Below the pieces are notes generated by a model. That model worked only from the letters and a program-made list of their open reading frames with translations, was not told the DNA's origin and ran no database searches. This document shows positions 10,014 to 19,475 of a DNA stretch of 64,000 bases, one piece after another. This DNA comes from a virus, in IMG/VR virus record IMGVR_UViG_3300022213_000237, positions 96,001 through 160,000 of that record, one strand, 5' to 3'. Position 1 is the first letter of the stretch. Every line of letters begins with the position of its first letter. Both the position numbers and the translations under genes were made by a program.

Positions 10014-10457
10014 TTACAGATCAGTAATCAAACTAGATGAGCCTTTTGCTTGAGCCCCTGCTGCCCCAGGGCATTCTAGTTTTTCTAGTGGGATAAAGGC
10101 CTTGTATTCTGTCTGAGCACCTATTACTTCAGAAACCCACGACACCAAAACTCCACAGACCCTACACTTTTTAGTGAGGTCTTCGAGCTGAACCATTTGG
10201 TGTGGATTTTGAGGTTCAGGTAGCGAGTCATACAGAGTTTTGGATTTAAGTCGTGACTCTTCTAGCTGCTTGGTTTTAATCTCAACGCGCTCTTTGGCCA
10301 TCTTGGATGCGACCTCAATCAACTCCATAAAATCTGCGCCCGAGACTTGAACAAAATTGCCGTCCTGGCGAATCATAATGTCGACAAGATCGCCACTTTC
10401 GGTGAAGGTCAGTCGTGCGTTACCACACATCTTCAAGTAATATTTTTCGTCACTCAT
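10014..10457 (-). CDS. Hypothetical protein
   Basis: 147-aa ORF overlapping the ligase stop. Confidence 0.55.
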   Translation of the reverse strand: MSDEKYYLKMCGNARLTFTESGDLVDIMIRQDGNFVQVSGADFMELIEVASKMAKERVEIKTKQLEESRLKSKTLYDSLPEPQNPHQMVQLEDLTKKCRVCGVLVSWVSEVIGAQTEYKAFIPLEKLECPGAAGAQAKGSSSLITDL

Positions 10458-11775
10458 CTTCTTTTTCCTTTAACTGAATATCGTCCTCACTTCGTAAGCC
10501 TCTATAGACTGGGAGACGTGGGACTCGATCATTTGTAAGCTCAAAAAACTTATATGAGCATTTCTTGCCCGGCAGCTCCGCGCGCATCTCCCACAATTCA
10601 GCGCGAGCTTTATCGTCCAGGCCGGTTCCTATTTCGAATTCTACACCTTCGTCCGTCTTGCACTTTAAAGCACCTAGAGTCCCAGCACCCTTTGCGTCGC
10701 GTTGAAGTTCGGCTACTCCGGTGATTACCGCCTCAGCGTCAGAGAACAGTTTAACCTTCAGTAAGGATTTGGAACGCTTATTTTCGACAGGATGATAGTA
10801 CCTTCGAATCATGGCACCTTCATATCGGCGCTCTACGAACTTGGCGCACTCTTCTCTCAGTTTTTCTGTCGTTGGGTCTATAATTACTTGTGATTCTACG
10901 ACACTAATTTTGGTCCCAGTGTAGTATTTTGTTAGTAGGTTTTGAGCAAATTCGAGCCTTAGCGTGTACGGGTCAAGAGGTTTCTTCCATTCGAAGTCAA
11001 AACACGCATCAAAGACAACAAATTTTAAGTCTCCAACTTCGATACCATCTTTTCTCATCATCGTCTTCTGGATGGACTGAAAATCGATACGCCCATCAAC
11101 AATGGATACTACTTCACCGTCGAGATACAGCAACCCAGTATAACCAGCTTCTGCGGCCTCACGCCGTAAGACTTCGAGTTCACTTCTAATGCTCTCAAAA
11201 TTTCCCCACTCTTTGCCGGTGCGAGAAAGCAGGCGGATTGGAGAATCTGAATCAAGGGGTATAATTGCGACGCAGCGCCCGCCATCCAGCTTGGGTTGTA
11301 AACACCATCTACCTTTAAGGTCTTTTTCTTTTACTTTAGCATAGTCTGTAGCTAGCGGTACCTCAAACAGGTAGATGGTATTCTTGCCTAAGGCCTTGTT
11401 TATGTCCTTTGCTCCGATATTGATCCGTAAATCTTGACGAAGAATACGAGTAAACCATTTAAGCTGGGTCTCGTTGCATAGACCCATGTGGGTCGCAACG
11501 GCGTTTAGAGCTTCATTCCCGGTTAGTTTTCGGGCGGCCAATTCGATTAAGATATTGTTCGTCGCATGTAACCATTGTTCGTCGTCTTTAAAGACACACG
11601 GAGCAAGTGCCGGCTCTGGGAGCTTTTTGACCCCAAAGGTTACATCAGGCGATAGAGCAAGGAAAAGGATTCCAACGAGGGATTCGCATTGGGAGTGCGC
11701 TTCTTTAAGCGCCTCAAGTCGGGCATTACCTTGGGCCGCAGCTTCAATCGATTCTAGAGCTTCAATGATGTTCAC
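10450..11775 (-). CDS. ATP-dependent DNA ligase
   Basis: KLDGGR adenylation motif, LDGEV, FVVFD, EGAMIR, LLKVK, C-terminal OB fold (GTG..PRLP). Confidence 0.95.
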   Translation of the reverse strand: MNIIEALESIEAAAQGNARLEALKEAHSQCESLVGILFLALSPDVTFGVKKLPEPALAPCVFKDDEQWLHATNNILIELAARKLTGNEALNAVATHMGLCNETQLKWFTRILRQDLRINIGAKDINKALGKNTIYLFEVPLATDYAKVKEKDLKGRWCLQPKLDGGRCVAIIPLDSDSPIRLLSRTGKEWGNFESIRSELEVLRREAAEAGYTGLLYLDGEVVSIVDGRIDFQSIQKTMMRKDGIEVGDLKFVVFDACFDFEWKKPLDPYTLRLEFAQNLLTKYYTGTKISVVESQVIIDPTTEKLREECAKFVERRYEGAMIRRYYHPVENKRSKSLLKVKLFSDAEAVITGVAELQRDAKGAGTLGALKCKTDEGVEFEIGTGLDDKARAELWEMRAELPGKKCSYKFFELTNDRVPRLPVYRGLRSEDDIQLKEKEDE

Positions 11776-12275
11776 TGTGTACCGATAGCCTCATGATCTG
11801 CAAGATGAACGGCGGCATCGATACCGTACTTGTCCCAACCAGCATGTCCCAATTCTCCGTCCGCATCCTCACATCCTTGCACCACGTGAGCTAGCTCGTG
11901 GGTGAAGGCGCTGCCTTGGACATTAGGTCTATTGGCAACTAACGTTGTATGTGTCGGACAGTCTGTTTCCCCGGTGACGCCCTTTTGGCCACTGTATGGT
12001 GATGTGTAAGTAGGTCCGGTATCATGAAGATACACAGAATGACCTGACAGATATTTACATGTATTCCCAAAATCACCAGCCGCTGGGTCCACAGACTTAA
12101 AAGCTTCTACGGCCCTATCTTCTTGGCGTTGGATATCCTCGCAAGTCCACCCAGCAGGTATGTCCGCATAATGCGTAGCCCCTTCGAACTTAAGTCCGCA
12201 CGTGGTTACGCACAAGGGCTTACCGCAAGCCGTCAACAACAGGAAGATTATCGTACTTTTCTGAAAGGGTGCCAT
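11772..12275 (-). CDS. Lipoprotein with HExxH motif
   Basis: Signal peptide with lipobox LTAC; HELAH plus a later His; overlaps the upstream membrane protein gene by 28 nt. Confidence 0.65.
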   Translation of the reverse strand: MAPFQKSTIIFLLLTACGKPLCVTTCGLKFEGATHYADIPAGWTCEDIQRQEDRAVEAFKSVDPAAGDFGNTCKYLSGHSVYLHDTGPTYTSPYSGQKGVTGETDCPTHTTLVANRPNVQGSAFTHELAHVVQGCEDADGELGHAGWDKYGIDAAVHLADHEAIGTQ

Positions 12276-13066
12276 GATAGAGACGCTCCAAAATAAGGAG
12301 AAGCGCCGTGATCAACAACAACCCAAGCACGTGGACCTACATCGAACTTTCCGATTTCGACATTGACTCCGCCGCCGGCCAGCAGTCCGGGATTAGTTCC
12401 TACACCGACCTCGGCTGTAAGATCTAGTTTTTCATACCACTTTTCTTCAATGACGGCAGGATTTACGGCACCAAGGGCTATATCTACTTGGAAGTTCTTC
12501 TCTGACGAAGTAGCAGAGGACCGCCAGGCACCGTCTTTGGTCTGAGACACAATGATATTGAGCTTAAGGGGTCTAATTTGAGAGAGCCTGATGCCGTAGG
12601 TGGTTGGACCTGGGTCTGTAACAGAGCAATCAGCAATAGTTTGGCCCACAACTCGAAAAGGCTCTAGGTCCATTCCGGTATCAAAATCGACTTTCACCAT
12701 ATTACCGTGCGGGTCTTTGGTCACACGACCGTTGCCCTTGGATTCAAGATCGTGACGCAGCTTGACGATAATGGTATTTGCGGTGAGAAGTTGGTCCCCG
12801 CTCTTCTTCAGCAATGCCTGTAACTCACTCAATTCTTTGTCTTTTGAATCGAGTAAGCTGCGTAGGTCGTTGGTCTGGATAGCAAGCTTTTGATACACCC
12901 CTTGCTGGACTTCAATTGTTTTGTCGCGGAGCGCTATTTCGTTTTGAAGACGAACAATCCTCTCGTTCGTCTGATGTTCGCGAAAGGTAAAGGCGCCGAC
13001 TACAGCTACCAACACCAACAAGAAAACGCCTACGGCAGCAAGCAATTGCTTGATTGAGATATTCAT
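12248..13066 (-). CDS. Membrane-anchored coiled-coil protein (spanin-like candidate)
   Basis: N-terminal hydrophobic helix, long coiled coil, C-terminal amphipathic beta strands ending YFGASLSWHPF. Confidence 0.55.
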   Translation of the reverse strand: MNISIKQLLAAVGVFLLVLVAVVGAFTFREHQTNERIVRLQNEIALRDKTIEVQQGVYQKLAIQTNDLRSLLDSKDKELSELQALLKKSGDQLLTANTIIVKLRHDLESKGNGRVTKDPHGNMVKVDFDTGMDLEPFRVVGQTIADCSVTDPGPTTYGIRLSQIRPLKLNIIVSQTKDGAWRSSATSSEKNFQVDIALGAVNPAVIEEKWYEKLDLTAEVGVGTNPGLLAGGGVNVEIGKFDVGPRAWVVVDHGASPYFGASLSWHPFRKVR

Positions 13067-13599
13067 TTCTTTTTGTCCTTCTTTTTGGGTTGTCCGAGAA
13101 TTCTATCCGCGAGTCCGCGCTCAATTGCTTCTTCAGGTGTAAGCAAAGTCTCATCCACGCACATCTTCTGGATATCAGCCGGGGTAAGAATGCCACCGCT
13201 GCGAGAGGATAGAGCTTTGTTGTACACGTGCAGTCGCTCGCACTCCGCAACGGAACGACGCATATGGGTTACTGGGCCTTCGCCATGCAAAGACATCTCG
13301 TGCAAAAACAACGAAGCGCTGGGTCCAATCCACCTTTCTGTCCCAGCTTGAAAAATAAGCACGGCAATGGAAGAAACGGCACCTAATCCGGTAGTTACTA
13401 CCTTATTGTTAGCGTTCATCAGAGCGTCAAAAATCGCCATACCGCCTTGAGACCAACCACCATCGGAGGTAATCACAACGTTGATGTCCCCAGCATTTTC
13501 TTCAAGAGAATCAATCACATAGAATTCTCTAAGGAATTCATTTACAAACGCTGGATTTACTTCCTCTGGAGGACAACAAATGATGGAATGTTTGGTCAT
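13063..13599 (-). CDS. clpP: ClpP-family protease
   Basis: ITSDGG..GMAIFDAL, GAVSSIA (catalytic Ser), FLHE (His), LTPEEAIERGLAD. Confidence 0.85.
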   Translation of the reverse strand: MTKHSIICCPPEEVNPAFVNEFLREFYVIDSLEENAGDINVVITSDGGWSQGGMAIFDALMNANNKVVTTGLGAVSSIAVLIFQAGTERWIGPSASLFLHEMSLHGEGPVTHMRRSVAECERLHVYNKALSSRSGGILTPADIQKMCVDETLLTPEEAIERGLADRILGQPKKKDKKK

Positions 13600-13624
13600 T
13601 TACTGTCTTTAGCTAGTCGATCTT

Positions 13625-16261
13625 TTACTTCATCATGGTCATCACCAGATTTGGCTCAATTATTTTCCCGTTGTAAGAGCTGTCCGGCTTGAGGTAGTTT
13701 TCAATAGGGCCTTCAATAGTATCTTCGCCCATGTATCCGGTATTGGGCAACAATCCATCTAAATCCTCACCGTGTGTGAGGCCGTGCTTAAAGTTAGTAC
13801 GAGAAACAATAGCTCTACCAACCTCAGCACTCCTACTTTTGGCCACATACAAAGTGATTCTCTTGTTTACTTGGGCCACAGGTGACCGATTAAGAGTGAT
13901 TACGTTGCTGGCTGCCGTCATCGGACCCCAAGCCTCAAGAACGTCTTCCATTCTAAGCAAGCGATGTGTGGTGTCACCGCGATTAACCTTAGAACCTTCG
14001 CGATTGGTTTGAATAGCCAATAGGGCGTGGAAATCGCACTCGAGTGCCAGCTGGACGTAGTGCTCGTATACGATTTCGATGATGGAACGCATAGCAAGCG
14101 CGCCTTTACCAGCTAAAGCTTGATTGGTGGTCAATTTAGCTGGATAGTCGGAAACCAGGAGATCAAATCCTTTACCGGTTCGGGCTTTGCGTTCGTCCTG
14201 GACGCGACGAATTATGGGCATTATTTCCTCGACCGCCATTCCCGCTTTATTATATGGAATGTAGACGCAATTTTTCGCGATAATGTTCGCGACATGGTTC
14301 AGTAATTGAACCCCCTCAGGGGTTTTATAAAGGCGGAAAAGATCTTCTTCGGACCCCTTCAGACACGCCTTTAAGAGTTTGTTGCGAATATCGTGAGGGC
14401 GGCCTTCATGCGTCATCAATAGCACGCTATTGCCGTTCATAATGTTGTGACGAGCAACTGTAAGAAGGAAGGTGGTGTTGTGTGTAACCGTTAAATCGCC
14501 GAGCAAACAAAGACGGTCGCCATCAAGCGTAAATCCATAATAGTCGCCCTCACCGCAAGGCTCAACTCTAAATCCAGATGTATCGCACGGTTTACTGCCA
14601 TCTTTGGCGCGTTTACGTTCTAATCTGACGGGAATTTCGGATAAAGCTCCGCTTAGACTCAGCGATACATACTGACCCTCGGTTCCGTTTTGATCGGATT
14701 TTGTAATAAGCCTCTCTCCAACTTTAAGACCTAAGCTTCGGGCCAAGAAGGCGATGTCTGCTGCCAGACGTTTGGATTTTTGGGTAATTTCTATCACTTT
14801 ATCTCCTGCCCATCCGTCAGTATCTACGATTCCAGCCAACAACTCTAAACGTTGTTGACGAGATCCAGTAAGATATAAATGAGGGATATGTTTACATCCT
14901 AAAAGGTCTAGGCCTCTGAGACTAGAATGGGCGGTGCCTGACCCGATCGCCCGTATCAACCAAGCTCTATTGTGTGAATTGCCCACTACAGAGATGCCGT
15001 GACCACAGGACCTGATCCATGATTCCCACGTTAACGCCAATTCGTCATCCATAGTGGTTAGCACGGCGCCGGACGAATGCCCATCACCCAACCACATCCC
15101 CAGAACGTAAGCCGGAATCGGCTGATTTTGCTGCTGGAAATCTAACCCAACCCTCCAGAGCTTCATTCTGTTTTTCCAGTTGTTGGATTTCTCTAAATAT
15201 TCATTAAGAGGAATGTTAACAATATCCCCCTTCCATAAGCATGGCTCTCCGTTCCCGCTAGTTGACGAATATCTGCCCCTTTGCCTTTCTTTGGGTTCAT
15301 CGTCTGCACTACATTTTAAGCTTAAGATGTGGACATCGTTACAGATCCACGGATTGCCCCCAGTTTTGGGGATAATCTTAAATAATGGACCATGTCCTTT
15401 GGTGGTGGACAACACTTTGCGAGGTGCCCCATCCGGGCCCATCAATAAATCCCCCGACTTAATGTCCTCTACAGGAACTCTATGTCCCGAAAACATCAGT
15501 ATTTCTGTACCTTTACCCCAGCATTTCCCAACGTTAGATGGAGCGAGAACAACAGTGGTGTCACCGCGTTGCAGTCCACCAGTCGTCTTAATAATACGAC
15601 CTGTACCGGGCAGACCTTTAGCTTTTTCATCCGCATTTTGTTCCCGCTCGACGGCGCCATCGAGCAATGCCTCATCAAGCAAAGGCAGTCCCGTCGACAG
15701 AGCCGCTTTCACGTCGTCGTACTTCTGCTGTAAATAGACTTCTGGATTGAGAAACGAAACCTCACGACCTTCTTCGAAAGAAGCGACACCAAATTGCTTA
15801 ACCGCGTCTTCCATGACGGCAGCGACTTCGCTCCATCGTTGGCGATTCCAGAGGTTTGAGGTCTTGAGAATGGCGTTCTGTAAAACTTTCGATTGTAGCC
15901 ACGCAGTCAACTCCAATCTGATTTTATCCCATCTGATATCGGCTGTACGCTGCAGAGCGATATTCAGACGCGCAGTGAGTCTTTGAGCGGTATCGCTACC
16001 CTCGATCACCCACTCCCTGGAGCCGGTCAACTCGCTCTGGGTTGGTGGTCTTCCAAGTGGGTGACTTATGGACTGGATTATTTTGTATAATTTTTCGTCA
16101 TACGGATTCACGAACCAGTCCGGCTGAACCCTGTGCCCCACCTGCATGAAGATCTTTGGGTCTTGAATGAGGTGGCCGATGAAGGCCGACTGGTAGGCGT
16201 CGCTTAGCGGTAGGGTAGCGCTTACAGGTATTTCCACTTTAAGGGTTTCAACTGACGACAT
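13625..16261 (-). CDS. Replicative DnaB/gp41-like helicase with intein
   Basis: Walker A APSNVGK/TT split by an intein, LVSDY Walker B, QTNR, KSR; start at MSSV after an AAGGA RBS. Confidence 0.85.
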   Translation of the reverse strand: MSSVETLKVEIPVSATLPLSDAYQSAFIGHLIQDPKIFMQVGHRVQPDWFVNPYDEKLYKIIQSISHPLGRPPTQSELTGSREWVIEGSDTAQRLTARLNIALQRTADIRWDKIRLELTAWLQSKVLQNAILKTSNLWNRQRWSEVAAVMEDAVKQFGVASFEEGREVSFLNPEVYLQQKYDDVKAALSTGLPLLDEALLDGAVEREQNADEKAKGLPGTGRIIKTTGGLQRGDTTVVLAPSNVGKCWGKGTEILMFSGHRVPVEDIKSGDLLMGPDGAPRKVLSTTKGHGPLFKIIPKTGGNPWICNDVHILSLKCSADDEPKERQRGRYSSTSGNGEPCLWKGDIVNIPLNEYLEKSNNWKNRMKLWRVGLDFQQQNQPIPAYVLGMWLGDGHSSGAVLTTMDDELALTWESWIRSCGHGISVVGNSHNRAWLIRAIGSGTAHSSLRGLDLLGCKHIPHLYLTGSRQQRLELLAGIVDTDGWAGDKVIEITQKSKRLAADIAFLARSLGLKVGERLITKSDQNGTEGQYVSLSLSGALSEIPVRLERKRAKDGSKPCDTSGFRVEPCGEGDYYGFTLDGDRLCLLGDLTVTHNTTFLLTVARHNIMNGNSVLLMTHEGRPHDIRNKLLKACLKGSEEDLFRLYKTPEGVQLLNHVANIIAKNCVYIPYNKAGMAVEEIMPIIRRVQDERKARTGKGFDLLVSDYPAKLTTNQALAGKGALAMRSIIEIVYEHYVQLALECDFHALLAIQTNREGSKVNRGDTTHRLLRMEDVLEAWGPMTAASNVITLNRSPVAQVNKRITLYVAKSRSAEVGRAIVSRTNFKHGLTHGEDLDGLLPNTGYMGEDTIEGPIENYLKPDSSYNGKIIEPNLVMTMMK
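14477..15523 (-). mobile_element. Intein (349 aa) with LAGLIDADG endonuclease in helicase P-loop
   Basis: CWGKGT...VTHN/T; LGMWLGDG and LAGIVDTDG motifs. Confidence 0.95.
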
Positions 16262-16293
16262 GTATGTCCTTAGTCCTTTATCGGGGATACCGA

Positions 16294-16312
16294 CATATAC
16301 CACCCCGATCTT
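16294..16312 (-). promoter_or_regulatory. AGATC-type promoter motif upstream of helicase
   Basis: AAGATC GGGGTGG TATATG. Confidence 0.55.
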
Positions 16313-16456
16313 TTCGATCTTTTCGATAATATTAAAGCCAAGTTAGCTCGTTGAGGAAGATCACACGCTACCTGTTCAAACAGATGGCGTCTTCGCTTCT
16401 AACAGATAGCTGCTCGATCGTGTGCGCTTCAGTGCTCTATCTCCTTCCTAAAGTGT

Positions 16457-16485
16457 TTGACACCGACAGAATATCGTGTCATTAT
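16457..16485 (+). promoter_or_regulatory. Host sigma70-type promoter
   Basis: TTGACA-N17-CATTAT with extended -10 TG, upstream of the sigma-like gene. Confidence 0.6.
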
Positions 16486-16563
16486 GTCACAGCAACTCAA
16501 TCCAGCTTTATTTCTCGTCGCACCTGAACACATACAGCCATTAACACTGAACAAACGAGCAGT

Positions 16564-18186
16564 TTGGAGACCATTTTGAAAACCGAAAACGCCAATCCCC
16601 GCAAAAACCCTGAACTTCAGGGCGCACATATCCTGAAGTCGTACCTCAAGAGTTTGAAGATCCCCTTCGAAATTGGAGGCTCGGAGAATTCTGTTGAAGT
16701 CAAAACCGTTGACGGACAGAAGACCGTCTCTGTGGTGGTTGGCTCCGGCTCAGGTCAGATTCAAATTGATCCTCTAATCATTACCTCTTTTGAGCTATCT
16801 AAGTCTTTGAGTGCCCTGCATCTGGTTACTGAAGCCGCTGGCTATGGGCGACCAAATCCAATTAGCCGTGGTGCTCAATCGACCGGTCGAGTTAACTATC
16901 TCGACAACTTCGAAGACGTGTATTTGCGGCACTCAATTTTTCGTCGGTCCCCGAATCAAAACGATGCCGACTTAGAGCCATTCTTACCAACAATTAAACG
17001 TTGCGCCCGCAAAGCCATGTTTCGTTACAAGAACGTTTTCCAAGCCATGGGCTTTAGCGAGGGAGATCTCATCACCACCGGCATGGTCTACACCGTTTCT
17101 TATCTCCATCACTACAGTTACGCTCCCGACCATATTGATAACGTTAAATTGCTGACAGACTTTCTGAAACAGCGCTTTGGCGAGATGGCTAAAATCACTT
17201 ACAAGAAAGCCCTGAACGCAACCTGTTTGCCGCAAGCCGTGAGAGCTAACGCGCTGAATCACGAAGATGAAGAAACCTCTTACATCGATACCTACGCAGA
17301 ATCCGAAGAATCGTCTCCTGACGACGAATATGGAGAAGATGAATTCCGAGTCACGTTCGCTGGCGGTATTGTCCGCACTCTCATCGTGAAAAACGACGGC
17401 ATGCTCGGCCTCGACCTTTATCTCGACGGCAGGAAGTTAAGACCTTCGGAGGCGCGGAGCTTGACCGAAGATATGCGGCAAGGTCGTGTTAAAAAGGAAC
17501 GAGTACACGATGTTCTCCCCGAACCGGAAGAATCGGAAGCCTCTATGCAAGCCCGTGCCCTTGCTGCCCGCAAGGAATTGATTGAAAAACTTAGGGCCAT
17601 GGATACGGAAACCAGAACCGTGGTACTCGGTTACGCGGCCCTGTCACGAGACTATGCTCCGGATGCTCGACGAGAGGCACGGAATCTTTGCGAAGAATTG
17701 GTGTGTCCGCAATGCGAACGTAAAGTTCCGTCAGGTGCTTATTGTCTGCGATGTGAAGTTGGTGTCGTACCGCTACTCGGCGTGGATTACATGGCTTTTC
17801 GGGAAAAACTGGAAAAGGAGCATCACCCCATGGCAGAAGCTATGTCTGCGCACGTGCCTGAATCGGAAATTCGAGCCCGCGCCAAGAAACCGGTTGTTCA
17901 AACTACGGTGTCTCTTGCTGACGCCACCGAAGCCAAACCGATCGAAATCGTCAAAGTCGTACCCATTATTTCCGCAATCGATCGAGAAGCTCTCAAAAAA
18001 CAGTTGGAAGATGACTTACTTAAGCGACTACCTGCCACCGGGACTTGTCCTTTTTGCAAGAGGGTCTTGCCACAAAAAGATTTTGGTGTTAGGGTGGCCA
18101 ACGACAAAACAACGGGTCTACCCTCGCGTGCATCTAGACAATCCCGTTGCCACCCTTGTCGAGGCAAAAAAGCAAAGAAAGGATAA
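16564..18186 (+). CDS. Sigma-region-2-like protein with C-terminal Zn fingers (putative transcription factor)
   Basis: FLPTIKRCARKAMFRY..GFSEGDLITTGMVY resembles sigma region 2; CPQC..CLRC and CPFC..CHPC clusters. The true start may be the TTG after GGAG a few codons downstream. Confidence 0.5.
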   Translation: METILKTENANPRKNPELQGAHILKSYLKSLKIPFEIGGSENSVEVKTVDGQKTVSVVVGSGSGQIQIDPLIITSFELSKSLSALHLVTEAAGYGRPNPISRGAQSTGRVNYLDNFEDVYLRHSIFRRSPNQNDADLEPFLPTIKRCARKAMFRYKNVFQAMGFSEGDLITTGMVYTVSYLHHYSYAPDHIDNVKLLTDFLKQRFGEMAKITYKKALNATCLPQAVRANALNHEDEETSYIDTYAESEESSPDDEYGEDEFRVTFAGGIVRTLIVKNDGMLGLDLYLDGRKLRPSEARSLTEDMRQGRVKKERVHDVLPEPEESEASMQARALAARKELIEKLRAMDTETRTVVLGYAALSRDYAPDARREARNLCEELVCPQCERKVPSGAYCLRCEVGVVPLLGVDYMAFREKLEKEHHPMAEAMSAHVPESEIRARAKKPVVQTTVSLADATEAKPIEIVKVVPIISAIDREALKKQLEDDLLKRLPATGTCPFCKRVLPQKDFGVRVANDKTTGLPSRASRQSRCHPCRGKKAKKG

Positions 18187-18193
18187 AGACAAT

Positions 18194-18418
18194 ATGCTTT
18201 GGAGAGCGATGCAAGCGAAGATGGTTCGCAAGACGGCTGAAAAGACACCAAAGATGAAAGAGTGCCCAAAATGCTATCGGAGGCGCAGTGTCGAAAAGTA
18301 TTTTGGATTTCGGACCCAGCACGGACTAGATGGTAGGCCTCAGAGATCTATGGTCCAGTCCTACTGCGTGGACTGTCGCAAAGAAGCTTCAGCGGGCTCA
18401 AAACTACACACTAATTAA
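18194..18418 (+). CDS. Small Zn-finger protein
   Basis: CPKC..YFGFR..QSYCVDCR; 3' part of track ORF 17582..18418. Confidence 0.6.
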   Translation: MLWRAMQAKMVRKTAEKTPKMKECPKCYRRRSVEKYFGFRTQHGLDGRPQRSMVQSYCVDCRKEASAGSKLHTN

Positions 18419-19461
18419 TGCCCTAAGAGACCGCCAAGCGAGATATAAATCTTCCCCCTAGGTTCTGGCTTGGCGGTCTTGAAGGCTTCGTAAACCCACT
18501 CTTCAGACATGTCTCCCAAGTCTTTTTCGTTAGCTTCAGAATCAAGATTTAAAAAGTCTTGTGGCGGCTGCAACAAGTAAATTTCCAAGTCTTCCGACAG
18601 GTCGTATGCCAACTTAGTGATTTCGGCTCCGGCATCGGGATCAAGAGCGATATAAAGCTTTTTAACTGAGCGCTTAATCGTACCTATTTGTTCCGCCGAC
18701 ACGGCCTTACCCATGGATGCCACATTCCCACCACATTTATGCGCCTTGATGGCGGTAATAGGACCCTCGGTGAGAATGCAATGCTCTGAACCCTTAAGAC
18801 GGTCCTGGAACATGAGCTGTCGCTGCCCCTTGCCCACAAGACTCTTGCTTGTCAAAATCTTCGGCACCTTGATGACGCGTTGCTGTTCTTCGTCCCAACG
18901 TTCAGTAGGGCCAATAAAGCGGGCTTGCCAACCTATCAGTTTGCCGTCTACCTTTACAGGGAAGATGACACGTTGATCTACGGGACTGTATTTAAGGTCA
19001 TAGGTGGTAACATGTTCGGCACGTAAGCCGCGAGAGTGCAGATACAAAGCACCCTTCCTGAATTTCTCCCACTCGTCCATGCCACAAAAATCAGGCGCCC
19101 AAGAAACTTCGGTGCATGTGGTGACAACGGCTGGAGGCGGGAATGCGTCCTCGTCTTCGTCCCATACGTCATCTAGTTGGATATCTAAAAAGGTAGCTGA
19201 CGAAGGAGTGTAGCCGTAAAGCTTCTTACAGATTTCACCGATGGGTATTCCCAACAATTCGGTGAGCGCGTACTCAGCTTTTCCCTTAAAACCTGTAGCC
19301 CTACAATAGTAGCAGACGAATCCGCCACTATCTTTATACATTGCGAGCTTATCCTTTTTAAGACAGCGGGGACAGGTGAATACATAACTAGTCGCATTGG
19401 ACCTGTAATGTACCCCGCTGTCTTCAATGAGCTTGGCTAAAGCGCTTTGGTCTATTGCCAT
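18415..19461 (-). CDS. DNA primase
   Basis: N-terminal CPRC..CYYC Zn domain, YLHSRGL, RVIFP..GWQAR, TOPRIM TEGP..ALDPD..KDLGD. Confidence 0.9.
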   Translation of the reverse strand: MAIDQSALAKLIEDSGVHYRSNATSYVFTCPRCLKKDKLAMYKDSGGFVCYYCRATGFKGKAEYALTELLGIPIGEICKKLYGYTPSSATFLDIQLDDVWDEDEDAFPPPAVVTTCTEVSWAPDFCGMDEWEKFRKGALYLHSRGLRAEHVTTYDLKYSPVDQRVIFPVKVDGKLIGWQARFIGPTERWDEEQQRVIKVPKILTSKSLVGKGQRQLMFQDRLKGSEHCILTEGPITAIKAHKCGGNVASMGKAVSAEQIGTIKRSVKKLYIALDPDAGAEITKLAYDLSEDLEIYLLQPPQDFLNLDSEANEKDLGDMSEEWVYEAFKTAKPEPRGKIYISLGGLLGH

Positions 19462-19475
19462 GGGCCAATTCTTTT

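Noticed and set aside
17582-18193. 5' part of the 278-aa ORF
   Set aside because: Out-of-frame overlap with the 540-aa gene; only the last 74 codons look like a real protein.
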